Assembly (NCBI GenBank): GCA_963841165.1
Contig: CAWJCA010000044.1
Coordinates: 148,007 to 212,006, forward strand
Length of the DNA: 64,000 nt
Source of the DNA: an uncultured Gammaproteobacteria bacterium
GTDB taxonomy: Bacteria > Pseudomonadota > Gammaproteobacteria > Steroidobacterales > Woeseiaceae
Direction of reading: 5' to 3'
In this document: piece after piece, positions 61,780 through 64,000 of the stretch
Position numbering within the stretch: position 1 is the stretch's first letter
How the letters are laid out: every line of letters starts with the position of its first letter
The notes under the pieces: model-generated
The model's database searches: none
What the model was told of the DNA's origin: nothing
The model's input: only the letters and a program-made list of their open reading frames with translations
Position numbers and translations under genes: made by a program

Positions 61780-62232
61780 ATGCCAGCACCTGATCAATTA
61801 TTTGGGTGGGCCGGTCAAGCCGCCATGCTGGGTTGGCTGGTTCTGGTGTTCCTTCCCCGGCGGTGGCCATGGCTGCTGGCCTTGCCACGCTACATCATTC
61901 CCTTCGGACTGTCCCTGCTATACGCGGGACTTGCGATGACGCATTTCTTCACAATCGACGGTGGAGGATACGGGTCGCTTTCCGAAGTAAGCGCGCTTCT
62001 TTCCAAAGAGGAAATGCTACTTGCCGGCTGGGTGCATTATCTCGCCTTCGACCTTTTCGTCGGTGGCTGGATTGCGGTCAATGCTGACAAAATGGGCCTC
62101 AACCGGCTGGTCCAGGCTCCTATCCTGATTGCTACCTTTATGTTTGGCCCGGTCGGGCTCGCGCTATTCCTCGCAATGCGTGCCGGATACTCCCGCACTC
62201 CGCCTCATGAGCTGCTGGAGGCAACCACGTGA
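61780..62232 (+). CDS. DUF4281 (ABA4-like) membrane protein
   Basis: LLAGWVHYLAFDLFVGGWI and FMFGPVGLALFL are hallmarks I associate with the ABA4-like/DUF4281 family. ATG 61780. Confidence 0.62.
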   Translation: MPAPDQLFGWAGQAAMLGWLVLVFLPRRWPWLLALPRYIIPFGLSLLYAGLAMTHFFTIDGGGYGSLSEVSALLSKEEMLLAGWVHYLAFDLFVGGWIAVNADKMGLNRLVQAPILIATFMFGPVGLALFLAMRAGYSRTPPHELLEATT

Positions 62233-63053
62233 ATAGGCTACAACCGGCCGGCTGGATGCCGCCGTTTACTTGGCGCGATGACGATCATGTGACCCGGCTT
62301 TACCTGTCGCTGGGGCTGTTCCTGATCGCTAGCTTTGTCGTCTTCATCCCTGCAATGATTCTCGATCAGCGCATGGTCGACAGTTCGTACGTCTGGATCA
62401 AGCCACAGAAATTCAACGTCTCGCTAGCGCTCCATGTCTTGACATTGGCTGTATTGGTTCAGCTCGTGCCGAGCAACATCCGCAACGGCGCGATATTGAT
62501 GATCTTCAGCTATCTCGCAGCCGGTGCTTTGATCTTCGAGTATATCTACATAACGATCCAGGCCGGACGGGCGCGTCGGTCGCATTTCAATTTTGAAACC
62601 GAGATCGAGGCGCTGATGTATGCCGCGATGGGCATTGCCGCCGTGCTGCTGGTCTTGGTGGCCTTGGTGCTGGCAATCCAGATCTGGCGCAAGGGCGATA
62701 GGTCTCGCCCGGGCGTTTGGCTTGGTTCGATTGTCGGATTGTCGCTCGGCTTCTTCACAACGATGATTTTCGCCGGTTACATGTCGAGCACCGGGAGATA
62801 TGTGGGTGCCACACTCGAAGGCGGCGGTGCTATTGTTCCCTTGTTCGGCTGGAGCCGCGAATACGGCGATTTGCGGCCAGCGCATTTCCTTAGCCTGCAC
62901 CTGATGCAGACCGTGCCGTTCGCAGGATGGCTCGCAGATCGGCGGGCCTGGAATGCGAGGCTGGTCGTGCTGAGCGTAGCGGGCGTACAGGTGGCGCTGG
63001 CGACATTCCTGTTCTTGCAGGCGAGAGCTGGACGGCCGATCTGGCCTGTTTGA
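62229..63053 (+). CDS. Hypothetical polytopic membrane protein (274 aa)
   Basis: The GTG start overlaps the upstream stop (GTGA). About 7 hydrophobic helices. I recognise no family. Confidence 0.58.
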   Translation: MNRLQPAGWMPPFTWRDDDHVTRLYLSLGLFLIASFVVFIPAMILDQRMVDSSYVWIKPQKFNVSLALHVLTLAVLVQLVPSNIRNGAILMIFSYLAAGALIFEYIYITIQAGRARRSHFNFETEIEALMYAAMGIAAVLLVLVALVLAIQIWRKGDRSRPGVWLGSIVGLSLGFFTTMIFAGYMSSTGRYVGATLEGGGAIVPLFGWSREYGDLRPAHFLSLHLMQTVPFAGWLADRRAWNARLVVLSVAGVQVALATFLFLQARAGRPIWPV

Positions 63054-63060
63054 TGGCTTC

Positions 63061-63142
63061 AGTCCGCTTTGGGTCATAAGCGGCCCCTCAACTCAATTCG
63101 AGCTCAATGTCTGGTTTCCGGGGTAAAGGGGACGTTCAAATC
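63061..63142 (+). repeat. Intergenic double-hairpin repeat, copy D
   Basis: agtCCGCTTTGGGTCATAAGCGGcccctcaa...AGCTCAATGTCTGgTTTccggggtaaaggggacgTTCAAAT. CCGCTT/AAGCGG forms a hairpin with a TGGGTCAT loop. Confidence 0.6.
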
Positions 63143-63184
63143 ATCATCGAACGTATCGAACAGTAAGAAATATGCTTATGTTTC

Positions 63185-63436
63185 CTATCCGCCACAGCGT
63201 GCCAACAGCATTAATACGATGACACCGATAATCGAACCGACGTAGACCTTCATTGACACGGTTTTTCCTTCCATACTTGCCATCGCATCGGAAGCACCTT
63301 TCTTGACACCAGCGAGTGGGTCACCAGGCGCTTTCGTGAACTTCGGGCCGCTTGGGGCATTCTGTTCCGGTGCTGGATCGTTCTCTGCATCTTCACTTGC
63401 GGTTTCTGTAGTTTCGTTTTTCTTGTCATCGCTCAC
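63185..63436 (-). CDS. Hypothetical small tail-anchored membrane protein (83 aa)
   Basis: Acidic, disordered N-terminus, one C-terminal TM helix (VYVGSIIGVIVLMLLA) and an ATG start. Weak call. Confidence 0.4.
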   Translation of the reverse strand: MSDDKKNETTETASEDAENDPAPEQNAPSGPKFTKAPGDPLAGVKKGASDAMASMEGKTVSMKVYVGSIIGVIVLMLLARCGG

Positions 63437-63670
63437 GGGTAGGTCTCCAATGGTCTTGAAGCGGCACGACAGTCGTCGCTGAGTACGTATTTTGGCACAT
63501 GCTGGCGGGGATAGAGACAGTGAAAAATCCCTTCCAGAGCGAAAACAGCCCCTTTTAGTTTATAGCGGCGTGACAAGCGCCCTTATGAAGACATCCCGAG
63601 AACGGAAGTTTGCCCCCCAACCCCTCTGGATGCGACCCATAGAGCCTCCGAGTTTCGACGGCAGAAACGG

Positions 63671-63715
63671 ATTTGTCCCGAATTTGTCCCACGGCGTACT
63701 CAGTACGAGACAAAT
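63671..63715. repeat. Clustered short repeats (possible recombinase arm-type sites)
   Basis: ATTTGTCCC at 63671-63679 and at 63682-63690 (direct). Hairpin CGTAC-tca-GTACG. An inverted near-copy GAGACAAAT at 63707-63715. Confidence 0.4.
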
Positions 63716-63782
63716 CTAGGCGATCCGAAACAAATGAGGCCGTGGATCTATTTAGCATCCCATTGCGTGTATTTGCGCGAGA

Positions 63783-63813
63783 CAATTCCACCCATTCCAC
63801 CCATTCCACCCAT
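63783..63813 (+). repeat. Degenerate third copy of the tRNA-Met 3' segment, expanded into a 9-nt tandem repeat
   Basis: CAATTCCACCCAT (63783-63795) equals tRNA positions 59431-59443. It is followed by TCCACCCAT repeated twice more, so (ATTCCACCC) occurs three times. Confidence 0.6.
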
Positions 63814-64000
63814 AATCCTATCCAACATAATCATACTCTCGCGTTCGCCTCGCCTTTAAAAACGCCGGCCCTTGCGCCGTCGGTCGCCACAAAATAGCCG
63901 CTCATCGGAAACATCGCCGTTGTCCGGTTTTTGTTTGATCGCAATCACACAAAAGAAATTGCCGATCCTAGAGAATCGGTCTCGTTGCAGTTGATTGAAT

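Noticed and set aside
60270-63145. Reading the islet repeats as integron attC sites, which would make the islet a cassette array or CALIN.
   Set aside because: I could not find the required R'' (RYYYAAC) ... R' (GTTRRRY) pair in the right order and spacing on either strand. The best AAC...GTTAGCC pair near 60430-60470 spans under 50 nt, shorter than any attC I know. The ORFs are in mixed orientation and no intI is present. A formal attC covariance-model scan would settle the question.
63492-63809. ORFs 63492..63719 (+) and 63555..63809 (-) as remnants of an integrase or other island gene.
   Set aside because: The translations show no tyrosine-recombinase motifs (no R..HxxR..Y pattern, no LGH). 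The two ORFs overlap each other on opposite strands and the region is repeat-rich. I treat them as non-coding.

Overview
This 64-kb window is from a chromosome of roughly 60% G+C (judged by eye, not computed). It looks gammaproteobacterial. The gene order follows core synteny I remember from Pseudomonas-type genomes: lptD-surA-pdxA-rsmA-apaG-apaH, divergent amgK-murU, lipB-ybeD-dacA-rlpA-mltB-rodA-mrdA-mreDCB facing gatCAB-hslO, and hemA-prfA facing TPR-lolB-tRNA-Gln-prs-rplY-pth-ychF. About 90% of the window is tightly packed housekeeping coding sequence. It includes a split glycine decarboxylase (gcvPA/gcvPB), lgt-thyA-folA, a kynurenine-to-quinolinate block (kmo-kynU-3-HAA dioxygenase), a SahR-type regulator with metF-metH, and reverse transsulfuration genes (CBS plus cystathionine gamma-lyase). 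Four conserved genes (a PQQ quinohemoprotein dehydrogenase, thyA, apaH and metH) are broken by five single-base insertions, two of them in apaH. I suspect sequence errors rather than real decay. I found no CRISPR array, integrase, transposase, toxin-antitoxin pair or recognisable defence genes, and I cannot point to a convincing new multi-gene system. The most unusual items are listed below. (1) tRNA-Met (59375-59451) has its 3' 22 nt repeated 142 bp downstream and a degenerate third copy at about 63.79 kb; these bracket a lower-GC islet of six uncharacterised genes, most of them membrane or secreted. (2) An ~80-bp double-hairpin repeat occurs four times, same orientation, in that islet's intergenic gaps. 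(3) A 287-bp foldback element with (CCCACCA)n termini lies between hslO and the regulator gene. (4) A single-cysteine Tpx peroxidase is translationally coupled between gcvPA and gcvPB. (5) There is a secreted ~930-aa protease with a two-lobed Nma111-like layout. All family assignments come from motif recognition by eye, not from searches.
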